From assembly GCA_963773065.1 (NCBI GenBank), contig CAVYZN010000009.1, positions 96,001 through 160,000 on the forward strand: a stretch of DNA of 64,000 nt, written 5' to 3'. The notes below the pieces were generated by a model, which was given only the letters and a program-made list of their open reading frames with translations, searched no databases and was not told the origin of the DNA. This document shows positions 1-10,296 of the stretch, one piece after another. The stretch is from an uncultured Gammaproteobacteria bacterium (lineage in GTDB: Bacteria; Pseudomonadota; Gammaproteobacteria; UBA9214). Positions within the stretch are counted from its first letter, which is position 1. The number at the start of each line of letters is the position of its first letter. Position numbers and translations under genes: made by a program.

Positions 1-334
1 AGATCCACGGGGATATCCATCCGTGCGAGGACTTTGGCGAAGTGGTTTCCGTGCCGTTCCTGTAATACGCAGACACGGGGTTGAAAGCAATCGTTAGCGA
101 GGCTCTGAATGTAAGGGACTGTCAATCTCTCCGCGCCTCCCATGCCTAACCCATCTATCATCCAGACATATCTTTTTCTTATGCATTGGTATCCGCGCCT
201 GTAAATGCCATAGCCTTGTTTGCAATGATGATGTATCACAGTGATGAACCAAACTGCCAAATTTTCCCGATACACCATACCTTATCAGAGGCCATAGGAT
301 GAGGTTTGTTGTTTTGCATCGGGAAATTAGTTCT

Positions 335-372
335 TGTCTTGAATATGGCGACATTGTCTTGAGTTGGAGACA
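335..372. promoter_or_regulatory. Tandem GlrR-type enhancer boxes: TGTC-N11-GACA (335-353) and perfect TGTC-N10-GACA (355-372)
   Basis: TGTCttgagttggaGACA read directly; matches the E. coli GlrR consensus; glrR is encoded in this window. Confidence 0.55.
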
Positions 373-511
373 GTATAAGCTACTGACGTACAGCATTAAA
401 CGACATTTTCAGCAATCACGTCGTCAAAAAGTGACGATTACCTACGGTCATCTATCATTGCCACATGCGCGTTTCTAATTTAACCTGTTGTGTTTAACGG
501 TAAAGATATAA

Positions 512-528
512 TGGCACATTAATTTGCT
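512..528 (+). promoter_or_regulatory. sigma54-like -24/-12 promoter with spacer one base too long
   Basis: TGGCACATTAATTTGCT resembles the sites at 17707 and 21449, but GG-GC spacing is 11 rather than 10; the TTT run could be an indel error. Confidence 0.4.
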
Positions 529-859
529 CTCTAGTGTATCGCAAGACTTGCATCGAGACTTGGATCCATCGAGTAAAGTTTGTACTGTCGTGTCCGATCA
601 GACGAGCCGCAGTAAGCATGAAATCATGATCACATCGGTCATGCATCATTTACGGTTGTACGCATACACGCAACCGCCATGCAAGAATTGTGATCCAGTT
701 CTTGAAGTTGATGGTTATGATGACGATACTTGTCAACACTCAATGCGTGAAATATTATCGAGTCATCCTGATGATGAGGTGTAGGAATGTCTAACACACA
801 ATTCCCGGTACACTACCGAGTCAGTACATCTACTAATCCTTGCATCATCCTCTTGGCGA

Positions 860-1895
860 TTGCGTGATATCTTACTAAGGATGTCACTGGCAATATTCGC
901 ATTGTTGTTTTTCTCTACTGTTGCGGATGCCAGGCCCGCTCAATATGTACGCCCATATGGTCCCGATGCGCCCTGGAACGTCCTGGTCAAGAACCTGCCG
1001 AGGCACCCACAATCGGCAACTTATGCATCACGCCTATGGTCTGGTGTCGGTGGACAATTTCGATCAGCCGTTCAATGATTACACCTATCCCGTCTATTAC
1101 GCTGATGCGACAGGTAACTACACGGTGAATGGTGGTAATGGCACCATCAATGGTAAGCAGATGCCATGGAATCCGAACATGGTCGGCGGCTGGTGGTTCC
1201 GATGCACAAGTCATCGTGCTGGATCCGGCTACCGGGCGGGAGTGGAACTTGTGGCAGGTCAGTGTTTCGCGGAGCACGATCAATGTTCACAAATGGCAGC
1301 CTTGTTGGCCAGCGGAGACACCGTCCAGTAACAGGCACCGGAAACTACCGCACGAAAGAAAATGGCTGGGCGGGATGCTCGCGGGGTCGGCATTCAGTAT
1401 CTAGCCATGCTGGTGCGACCCGAGGAAATCACGCAGGGTGAAATCCAACATGCCCTGTCGATGCCGATCAGCAATCCAAGCAAGGAGCACTTACGTCGCC
1501 CCGGCCACCAAGCTGGAGCATCTGGCACGGATTCAGGCAATGAAGTCCCGGAAGGCATGCGGTTCGCCATGGATATGACCGATGCTCAAATAAATCCTGG
1601 GTTGCTACCAAACCTGCGGCCTACCAGAAAACTGGCGCGTACCGTCGGCCGTGCACTGCGCGATTACGGTTGGTTTATTACAGATACTTCGGGAGCGGAT
1701 AGTTTCAGTTTGAATCTCAGGCATCGGCCGATGCATTGTGGAAGGCGCAGGGGATCGACCCGGCATCGTCTACAGCGCGAACTGCTGGATGGCCTGATAA
1801 CCCAGAGTCGCATTTATACCATCGTGCCAAGCGATCAGTATCCGAACCAGTCGCTCGCGCCACCCAATCCCCCAACTGGACTTATCGTTAATTAA
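860..1895 (+). CDS. Secreted hypothetical protein with several frameshifts, ending in C-terminal APPNPPTGLIVN tail
   Basis: Signal peptide MSLAIFALLFFSTVADA; continuous protein-like sequence across ORFs 860, 921, 1129, 1166 and 1362 (DYTYPVYYA, DAQVIVLDPATGREWNLWQ, LVRPEEITQGEIQHAL, ALRDYGWFITDTSG). Confidence 0.7.
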
Positions 1896-2240
1896 AGGCG
1901 ATTGACAATTCTATTTGTAAGTGCTGCCGTGGTTGGTCGGCCAGAGGGCGCAGTAGGTGGCGCCCCCGCGCCGAAGAGAGACGGGATGGGATCTGAGCAC
2001 CTGTAGAGGCAGGCTGCGGCTGTGCCGCGGGATGAACTCGTCACCGGATTGTCAGCATCCCGAGTCTATTCCATCCCAAGTATTGCTGGTCCAAGTGCTG
2101 GATCAGGCCAGTCTGCAAACCTGCATTGCACTAATGCGCGTCAGAACAGAGGCGTGTTGGCCTGCGACATCCCGTAGAAAGGCATTCGCGTTAATAGCCG
2201 TTTACGTTCCAAACAGAATGCAACACTACAGTAGTGTTAG

Positions 2241-3373
2241 TTAGTTGTCGTCGAGATAGGCCGATATCATTATCTTTACGGCCTCTTGTGTGCTGAATCG
2301 TGCATGGACAAACGCCTGCGCCTGCTGTCCCATGTTAGCTGCCTCGACGGGATCGGCGATTAGACGGCGACAAGCACGCAGCAACTGTTCCAAATCGCCG
2401 GGTGGGTAGAGAATCGAGATATCCTCGCAGAATTTCCTGAAATCACTAACGATGTCTGTGGACACCACCGGTATTCCGGAGGCCAGCCCCTCAAGCACGG
2501 ACAAACCGAACCCTTCACTGACCCCTCTAGAGGTGAATAGAAATATGTCTGCTGCCATTAGTAGTAGGCGGACATCTTCGCAAATTCCCAGCATCCTGAA
2601 GCTGCCTTCTCCTAAATTGAGTTCCTTGGCCCGTGCTAGCATCCGCTCTTTCAAGGGCCCGTCACCCGCAACCAGCACCATAACGTTTCCTGGATTCTCG
2701 TTCAACGCAGCCGACAGATCGGGAAGTATCTCCGTTCCTTTGAATTTCCGTAAATGAGATGTACTCACCAATACACGTTTGGACGGAGGAATCCCGAGTC
2801 TCTCCCGCGCTTCCCGCCGTTGTCCTTCACTAAACCGATACCTCTCCGGCTCAACGCCCCTTTCATGTGTGCATATTTTACTCTCACCATGCGAACTCGA
2901 TATCAAACGGTTCTCAATCATATCAAACTGAGAACAATTTTCCGAGTCAAACGCTGCTAACGGTACTGCCAAGTGCGCAGCCAATACCTCGCATCGACGG
3001 AGTGTTATGTCGTGTCGGGAATCTCGCTTGACCTGCGATAACCTCGCGGCCACGAGCCCAGTATTGAGCGTCCGTGCATGGTGCACATGGAGATGGGTTG
3101 CCCCGACTTCTTTAAGAAGCGTTGTAACGCGGCGGACGAAGCCGGCGTCAAATGCATGTCGTACTGGTGAAGCACAACATGAAACTGGGCAGAAGAGTCT
3201 CGAATAAATTCAGTTGAAAGTGACTGATTCTGGAAAATGAAATGGCTGTCGGCGCCACGATCGCTCAAAGCGTGTGACAGTTGAACAAGATAGCGTTCGA
3301 AGCTGCCATATTGCCGGTTGGGCCATCCCATGAGTTGAACAATCGAAGGTTGTTTCTTAAGGTCTTCGTTCAT
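2241..3373 (-). CDS. Glycosyltransferase family 4 (GT-B), frameshifted
   Basis: N-terminal YGSFERYLVQL in ORF 3005-3409; C-terminal KG..AGDGPL, ADIFLFTS..EGFGLSVLEGLASGIPVVST motif in ORF 2241-3086. Confidence 0.85.
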
Positions 3374-3492
3374 ACCGCCTCTCCTGTAACTGGTGAAAGC
3401 ACTTAGCAATTGAATTCTCGCAGGGGCTTAAGTAAATGTTCACCTTTGCTCAAGCTGCATGCAGGTAACCGGTAACCCACCGGCGTTCTTGT

Positions 3493-5089
3493 CTACGCCG
3501 CGGGTGTGCAAGGGCGAGCGCAGCGGATTGGTGGCGAAGAGCTGCTTCCAGAGTCGCGGCGTGAGTTCGTGAACACGGTTGGCCGGATGCTGACCGACGC
3601 GCTGCAAAACGTCGACGAGGTAGTCGTAAGGATCGATCTGGTGCAGCCGGCAGGTCACGATCAGGCTCTGCATGATGCCGACGTGTTTGGCCCCGAGTTC
3701 GGTCCAGCAGAACAGCCAGTTTTTGCGCCCATGGGGATCGCCCGCAGCGCGCGTTCCAGATGGTTGGTATCGATCGGCACATCCGGATCGTTCAGGTAAA
3801 CCTCCAGCCCCAATCGTCGCTCGCGGGCATAGGCCAAGGCTTTGGTCAGCGGATTGCTCGGCAGCAGGCCCTGCGCCTCGAACTGCTGGTTGACCCAGGC
3901 GAAGAACTGCTCGACGATCGGCTTGGCGTGCAGCAAGCGATAGTCGAGCTTCCTGGCGGCCGCCGAGCTTTGAGCTGCGGATGCGCTCTTCCACCGCATA
4001 GAGGCCCGCCGATCAGCTCCAGCCCCCTTGCCGCCGCCTGCGGTTCGGCGCCTTGCGCCTCGAAGAGCATCCGCCGCGTATGCGCCCAGCATTGGGCGTG
4101 GGTGAGCCCGGTCTTCTGCGCGTATTGGGCGTAGGCGCTGTAGCCGTCCGAGAGCAGGACGGCGCCCTCGGCGTGCGTCAGGCCGAGGGCCTGCTCGACG
4201 TGTTCGGCCCGCCGACTATGCGAAGAACGGGAAGCACACTTCGTCGAGTTCGCCATAGACCGGCCAGAAGTAGGCCGCCTTCAGTTTGCCCGGCTCGCCG
4301 CGCCCGGCCTTGATCGGCGTCTCGTCCATCGCCTTGACGCGGGAGGCCCGGATCGAGTCGAACTGTGCCTCGTAGATCGGCTCGAGCAGCGCGATCCCCT
4401 GCTGCCCAATCTGGGTCAGCCACGGCCGGCTGACCGTGATGCCGCTATCGCCGAGGCGCTGGTGCTGGCGATAGAACGGCAGGTGATAGGCGAACTTGTC
4501 AATCAAGCAGCCCGGCGATGAAACTCACGTCGGCGCGGCTGCCGTCGATCACCCCGGCCGGCGCGCTCGGGCAGACGATGATCTGCGTCGCCTTGAGCTT
4601 GATCACCGGCCGCCGGTAATTGAGCACGACGTAGCTGCCCGGACGCTGGGCGAGCCGGTAGCTCTCCTTGTGGCCGATGACCTCGAAGTCTTCCGGCGCG
4701 AGCCCCTCGGCTTCCGGCGCGGCCAGATCGATGACTTCGACCGGCACCCGCGCTCTCGTCGAAGAAGGGCACGCTGTCATCGCCCGTGTCGGGCTGCTTC
4801 GCCGCCAGCTCGCCGCGTATGCGCGGCGACGGGACGCTCACCCGGGGCCGGCGCTGTGGCGCTCTGCTCCCGATGGATTGCTTCACCCAGGCTCAGCTGG
4901 CCATCGGCACCGTCGATGATCCGCCGCTCGCTCTTCTGGCCGAAGAGCTGGCGCTTGAACCAGTCGAGTTGATGCTTGAGGGTCTCGACTTCCTGGCTCA
5001 GCGAGGACATCAGATCGACGACCTGCTGCGGGCTCAAGGCGGCCGCTTCATCGAGGCTGAGACACGCGCGTCGCGGTCGTCGAATTCAT
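3493..5089 (-). CDS. tnpC: IS66 TnpC DDE transposase, several frameshifts
   Basis: LFGQKSER, DKFAYHLPFYRQ, MDETP, SDGYSAY, QCWAHTRR, IDTNHLERALR, GRKNWLF, DPYDYLVDVL motifs across ORF fragments. Confidence 0.9.
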
Positions 5090-5461
5090 GCAGCGATTAT
5101 ACCGAAGGCATCGCTGCCACGGGGGTGTCTGTAGCGCTTTCTGACGCACTTTCGCTTCGATGCCTTCGAGCAGCAGCTTCAGCCCCGTCCAGTCCATCTC
5201 CCGCGTCGTAACCTCACGCCAGTCGGACAGGAATCTTCCCTGCTTCGAGCCGCTTGCGCCCACAGGCAAAAACCGGTGCGGTCCCAGTAGAGCACCTTCA
5301 TCTGCGTCGCGCGGCGGTTGATGAACACGAACAGTCGGCCACTCGAGCGGATCCTGCCCCAGTTCCTGGCGCGTCAGGGCGTACAGCCCATCGTACGATT
5401 TCCGCATGTCGACGGGCCGACCATACACATGCACCCGCACCTGGCCTTCGGGGAAGAACAT
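5086..5461 (-). CDS. tnpB: IS66 accessory protein TnpB, frameshifted
   Basis: MFFP...PVDMRKSYDGL...LKLLLEGI. Confidence 0.85.
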
Positions 5462-5773
5462 CAGCTGCGCACCAGATGCAGAATCAGACCGTCGCCGAGA
5501 TCGAGCTTGAGATCGAGCCATGGCCTGGGTGACGATGCGGAATTCAGCGTGCCAAGATCGACGAACGCGGGCGTCGCTTGGTGGGGGATCGCCTCCATCT
5601 ACAGAGCGCCCGTCGCTCAGCAGGCTACGCCAGCGGTAGAAGCTCGCCGCACTGATCGCTTCGCGCCGGCAAAAGGCTTCGACGCCCATGCCGCTGCAGC
5701 TAAATCGCGCCAAGAGTGATCGCCACTCGCTCTGGCTGCGCCGTGACCACTTACCCTTCTTCCGCCCTGCCAT
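5461..5773 (-). CDS. tnpA: IS66 TnpA (HTH) protein, frameshifted
   Basis: WRSLLARFSCSGMGVEAFCRREAISAASFYRWR; stop overlaps the tnpB start. Confidence 0.8.
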
Positions 5774-5861
5774 CGCTTCCGCTCCCGTAGGTGATTCGTC
5801 TCGGAAGCCATTCTCGTCATCGCGTGCGCGAAGGGAAGAACGCCATGGGGTTACCGGTTAC

Positions 5862-6025
5862 GCTACAACAACAGCTACCCCTTTCGCTCCAGAACGGCAC
5901 CCCGGCACGCGAGCCCTATGCCAACATCCGAGATCCAGGTAAGAAATGCGGGCGAGCGCAGGGTGGCGGATCATTGGATATCGCGCGAGGGCATGCGCTC
6001 TTCTTGCGACACGTTTGCCCGTCAT
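5862..6025 (-). pseudogene. Probable 5' fragment of a SAM-dependent methyltransferase cut by IS66
   Basis: Reverse strand reads MTGKR...SYLDLGC, then GIG with a 1-nt shift, and ends at the IS boundary. Confidence 0.4.
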
Positions 6026-6087
6026 GCAGTACGCATCCAGACAACGAGGAGGTTAGCTGTTAGCCAAACTCTCTCAAGTTGCTTCCT

Positions 6088-6900
6088 TTAATGATTCACA
6101 ACTGAATGCGTGGCACGAAGTTTCTTCATCCAGATTACCGCGTAGTTGGCGTACGGTCGCAGGAAAGTGAATTTGTCGAGCAGTACGCGATCGGCTTGAT
6201 GTAATCGCGGGAATTGCCAGCGCCAACCGAGTATCCTTTCCAGCATGCCCAAGAGGTGCATCTCCTGCCAGTGGCACTCATCGAACAACAGACACCAAGC
6301 CTGAATGTCGTCGTAGGTTAATGGGTGATCAGTGCCCCGTGGGGACTTCCTAGAGTATGGCACGTGGTCACGTATGAAGCGTATCAGCGGATTGTTGGCC
6401 AATGGCTCGCTGAACACGGCGACACCACCGATCTTGAGGACCCGGTGCAATTCCATCGATGCCAGCTCTACGTCTAGATGATGGAGTATCGCGAGCCCGA
6501 AACCGATATCGAAAGTTTCATCTTCAAAGGGCAAATTCTCTGCGACTGCCACATGGAAATCGATATCATCTGCAACATTGTTGAGTTCTGCGCGTCTCCT
6601 GGCTATGTTTATGGTCCCCGGTGAAATATCGAAAGCCGAGACTGCTGCCCCACTCTTCGCAAGCAGTACCGATAACTCGCCAGTGCCGCAGCCCATCTCG
6701 ATTACTTTTTTTCCTTCTAGATTACCTAGGAGTTCACCGATTCCCAATAGGTAACTTTCCGTTTTGGTGTGCTCGATAAAATTGGCGTGAGGTGGAAGCA
6801 CAGCCGTATCATCAAGATGAATTTGGCTGGATTTAGCATCAAATTTAGTGCGTTCGATCTGGAACCGATCCTCAAGTTCCAATAGCTTTGGGTTTTTCAT
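6088..6900 (-). CDS. Class I SAM-dependent methyltransferase
   Basis: VIEMGCGTGE, AFDISP, AENLPFEDETFD, LHHLD, VLKIGG motifs; alternative start at 6951. Confidence 0.9.
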   Translation of the reverse strand: MKNPKLLELEDRFQIERTKFDAKSSQIHLDDTAVLPPHANFIEHTKTESYLLGIGELLGNLEGKKVIEMGCGTGELSVLLAKSGAAVSAFDISPGTINIARRRAELNNVADDIDFHVAVAENLPFEDETFDIGFGLAILHHLDVELASMELHRVLKIGGVAVFSEPLANNPLIRFIRDHVPYSRKSPRGTDHPLTYDDIQAWCLLFDECHWQEMHLLGMLERILGWRWQFPRLHQADRVLLDKFTFLRPYANYAVIWMKKLRATHSVVNH

Positions 6901-7215
6901 GGTAGTCGACCCATTAAGTTGACGAGAAGGAATTTTACCTGAGGCTCCCATATCATAATGTTATGAGGACTAATTTGTACCACAATTTTGCTGTTTAGTC
7001 ACTTACGTCCTAATGGCAGGATAAAAATCGCCCTTCGCCGCCAGGCCGGGCGCCGGGACGGCGATACCGTCGACTTCCACAACGGCTCCCTAGCTCTGGC
7101 AGAGCTCGCCGAACTTATCTCAAGCTGCAACTCCTGACGCGTCGCTCTGCCTGAACTCTGCGCCCCACCGTCAATCGCACTATCCGGCGCAATACTCAAC
7201 GTCTGTGCGTCGTAA

Positions 7216-7250
7216 GAAATGGACCCCGATTTTTGGACAGCCGTTTAAGT
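7216..7250. mobile_element. Possible isolated IS terminal-repeat remnant (IS3-like end)
   Basis: GAAATGGACCCCGATTTTTGGACAGCCGTTTAAG resembles IS3-family ends from memory; no partner end or transposase seen. Confidence 0.25.
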
Positions 7251-7450
7251 GTATTCTGCCCACACATCATGCGGCCTGATCATGCTGCAGCAGGCCATAC
7301 TGAACAGTCTTCGTACACCTGATCCGGCGTGTGCTTATCTAGGCTCTGATGTCTGCATTCACGGTTGTAGAACCGGAAATAGTTTCCAATATCCGGACGT
7401 GCCTCAGCAACCGAGTCGTATGCCTTCACATACACCTCTTCATATTTTCA

Positions 7451-8476
7451 TTATGGCAGCAGATGATGTACCCGCAGTATAAACGGCAGGATGGCTAGAC
7501 CCGCACCGATGCCATAGCGACACAGTTCCAGTGGCGGAGTTGACATGGTGCTCGGTCCATCACGAGTAGTAACGGCTGCCTCTATGCCAGAGCTTTCCAG
7601 GAACCTTATGACTGCTTCGTTATAGTCACCGGGCTGTCCGTTCGGGTAAGCGAACAGCCTGCATGGCTTGCCGGTAAGCCGTTTTGTGTCTTCTATGCTT
7701 GATGCAATCTCCTGGCTGGCGCGAGCCTCATCAACACGTGAAAGTATGGTATGAGTGGCCGTATGCGCTCCGAATTCGATCAGGTTGGATGCGGACATCT
7801 CCGCAATGGACTGATTGCCAAGCATACGGAAGTGCGAATCCCTGTCCACCTCTGTAGGAGTGTGTATATCCAATTCCTCACGGATTTCAGCCAGTTTTTC
7901 CAAAAGTTCCTGATGCGGAAGATGCTTCAGGAGGGACTGTAGTCTGGCACTGGCCCTTGCCTTCGAGACGGTATTTGACAGGTCATAAACCTGTCCGCTC
8001 CACGAAAGCTTCTGGTGGATCGTTTCGGAGATTGCCTGGTTCAGCGTGCAAAACCAGACGGTATTTGCCGTGTTTATAAAGGCGGTGTTTAGGAAAACAG
8101 TGGCGGGCAGGCCAAAACGGGACAGGATTGGATAGGCCACATCGTAAACATTCTGGTAGCCATCATCAAAGGTTATGACGGCTGTCGGTTCATTAATACG
8201 ATTCTCCCGCAGGTCCTTCGCAGCCTGGGTAAGCGAAACGACCTTGAGATTTCGGTGCAGATATTCCATCTGACGGGAAAAGTTTTGTTCCGAGATAAAG
8301 CACCAATCGGGTACCGCAAGGGGTATTCTCACCACGCCATGGTACATCAGTATGGCGAGTTTCTTCCTGAAGAAGGTACGATGGAGAAGTCGCGGCTGAT
8401 TTAATATCGCAGGACTGATAAGTATCAGTTCCTCGATTGCGCGCCTGATCTGGTTCGGCAAGTCATGCACCAGCAA
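7451..8476 (-). CDS. Polysaccharide deacetylase (NodB/CE4)
   Basis: ILMYHGV, ITFDDGY, PATVF, FGAHTATH, FAYPNG motifs. Confidence 0.92.
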   Translation of the reverse strand: MLVHDLPNQIRRAIEELILISPAILNQPRLLHRTFFRKKLAILMYHGVVRIPLAVPDWCFISEQNFSRQMEYLHRNLKVVSLTQAAKDLRENRINEPTAVITFDDGYQNVYDVAYPILSRFGLPATVFLNTAFINTANTVWFCTLNQAISETIHQKLSWSGQVYDLSNTVSKARASARLQSLLKHLPHQELLEKLAEIREELDIHTPTEVDRDSHFRMLGNQSIAEMSASNLIEFGAHTATHTILSRVDEARASQEIASSIEDTKRLTGKPCRLFAYPNGQPGDYNEAVIRFLESSGIEAAVTTRDGPSTMSTPPLELCRYGIGAGLAILPFILRVHHLLP

Positions 8477-8496
8477 TTAGGGTAATTCAGTCGTAG

Positions 8497-9660
8497 TTAC
8501 GCCGGATTGCCGCGATCCACCTTTTCCCATAGTGTCGTTTGCGTTCGCCTGATAAAACCCCAGAATCCCTCCATAGGGGTCAGGCTGGCGCGTACCACAT
8601 AATAGGCTAATGCAGGTATTTTCCATCGTTGCTGATAGCGCTCGCCGAGCCAGCCGATCATGGCTAGTGTATAAAAAAATGCCTGGCAGAATAGGACCCA
8701 TTTTAACAGCCCGGGCTCCTGAGCCAGAATTACATAACCTATGTTACCCATTAGCGCACCGAACATGAGAGCGGGAAGAAGGAGGCGTAAATACTTGTGG
8801 GAAATGAGTGAAAACATCGCAAATGGCTGGTTCCATGGCCACAGGCTGATTCGAAAAAACAACTGGAAACGCCCGGCATTGATTCGCCGCCGGCGTACCA
8901 CCTCATCACGCATGGATTGGGCGGAAGTTTCCCAGCAGACTGCCTCGGGCTCATAGATGACTCTGTAGCCATTGCGTAAGGCATGGAGGGCCAAGTAAGC
9001 GTCATCGTTGATGATTCCGGATGGTATCGGTGAAAAAACCTTTCTTCGAAACGCAATCATCTCTCCGACCACTGCCGTAGTTGTGCCCAGGCGCGATTCG
9101 CATGTTTTGATGAAGGATTCGTATTTCCAGTATTTATTCTCAGACTCTGTAACAGTTGCTGCAGTGGGCAGTATCGTTTTCTTACCGCTCACACACCCGA
9201 TGGATTGATCAGAAAAATTCCTGAGGAGTTTGCGTAGGACATTATTCCTGTAGAAGGCATTGGCATCGGAAAATATCAGTATCTCACCGGTTGCTTTGTC
9301 AGCCGCACGGTTAATGGCGGCGCTTTTGCCGCCTCTCTCGGGCTTGTGCAGGAGAATGACCCCCTGGTTCTGATAGCCGGCTACGATTTCTGCGGTCGCA
9401 TCACTTGATCCATCAGTAACAACAATGATTTCCAGCAAGTCTCGCGGATAGTCCAATGCCATGGTGTTATCGATCTTCTGGCTGATGACTGCCTCCTCAT
9501 TGTAGGCAGATACAATGAGACTGACCCGGGGCTGGATAGGCTCCCGATGATTTACATGCGGAATCAGCCGGCTCATTACGTAAACGATAAGTGGGTAACC
9601 AACGTAATGGTATGCCAGACCAATAATGCATATCCATGTCATGGAGGAAAAGAAGTCCAT
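8497..9660 (-). CDS. Glycosyltransferase family 2 (PgaC/IcaA-like membrane GT)
   Basis: SAYNEE, DGSSD, GGKSAAIN, FSDAN, NDD, RRRRI motifs; N- and C-terminal TM helices. Confidence 0.92.
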   Translation of the reverse strand: MDFFSSMTWICIIGLAYHYVGYPLIVYVMSRLIPHVNHREPIQPRVSLIVSAYNEEAVISQKIDNTMALDYPRDLLEIIVVTDGSSDATAEIVAGYQNQGVILLHKPERGGKSAAINRAADKATGEILIFSDANAFYRNNVLRKLLRNFSDQSIGCVSGKKTILPTAATVTESENKYWKYESFIKTCESRLGTTTAVVGEMIAFRRKVFSPIPSGIINDDAYLALHALRNGYRVIYEPEAVCWETSAQSMRDEVVRRRRINAGRFQLFFRISLWPWNQPFAMFSLISHKYLRLLLPALMFGALMGNIGYVILAQEPGLLKWVLFCQAFFYTLAMIGWLGERYQQRWKIPALAYYVVRASLTPMEGFWGFIRRTQTTLWEKVDRGNPA

Positions 9661-10296
9661 AAATCATTCCATCTCAATTTCGTAATGCGCCATTACGGCA
9701 GACCAAGTGTTATTGCAGTTTAATAATCACAGATAATCGTTTATGCAAATTGTAAATGCAACACTACTAACCGATATGAATGACAAGTTGCTGCAATTCC
9801 TGGCCTTCTGCTGCGGAGTGCAGGGGAAGCGGGAATATAAGTTTCATACACTGCTTATCCAATAACAGCGTTATCTCGATCGTCCTGACGAAAGCAGACG
9901 GTTGCACCTGGTTTCTGTAATCCAATCCCGTCGTGATCAGTTCCAACCTGGAAAGTGGTATTCAGGCGTACTGATCTCAAAATTGTCCGCCTATTCTTCG
10001 CGGGAGAATATTTGGACGCCATGCACAGGCAACATACATGATGTGTTTCCAGTGACGACCTGAATCTCAATATCAAGATTATGACTGGGTAAGCCGATAC
10101 CCGATTACCCGGGCTATTCAAGATCCATCGTTCTGTCTGAAAGCAGTATCTTCCGTGCCGGCTCTTAGCCTGTTGTTTGTGACGCATCACTCACTCCTAG
10201 TGTGACCCTTGTTATTCAGCCACTGCCGATCAGGCCGATGAATCTACACATTCAAATGCAGAGTTTTGGGTCACTAGTGTGTTGGAGAACAGATTT

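Larger units (their letters stand above)
3465..5861 (-). mobile_element. IS66-family insertion sequence
   Basis: 26-bp terminal inverted repeats GTAACCGGTAACCC(ACC/CAT)GGCGTTCTT at 3465-3490 and 5836-5861; tnpA-tnpB-tnpC order; no 8-bp target duplication (gcatgcag vs gctacaac). Confidence 0.95.

Noticed and set aside
1-860. Short ORFs 94-396 and 524-784, and a possible gene end at 1-64
   Set aside because: No motifs; the region is AT-rich and looks regulatory; the fragment at the window edge is too short to call
5048-5773. TnpA-TnpB fusion protein
   Set aside because: Produced by frameshifts; the normal overlapping stop/start is visible at 5459-5463
9661-10296. sigma54 promoter or GlrR box upstream of paralog A and the GT2 gene
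   Set aside because: The GG/GC candidates I checked had spacing of 9, 12 or 13, and no TGTC-N10-GACA was found by eye
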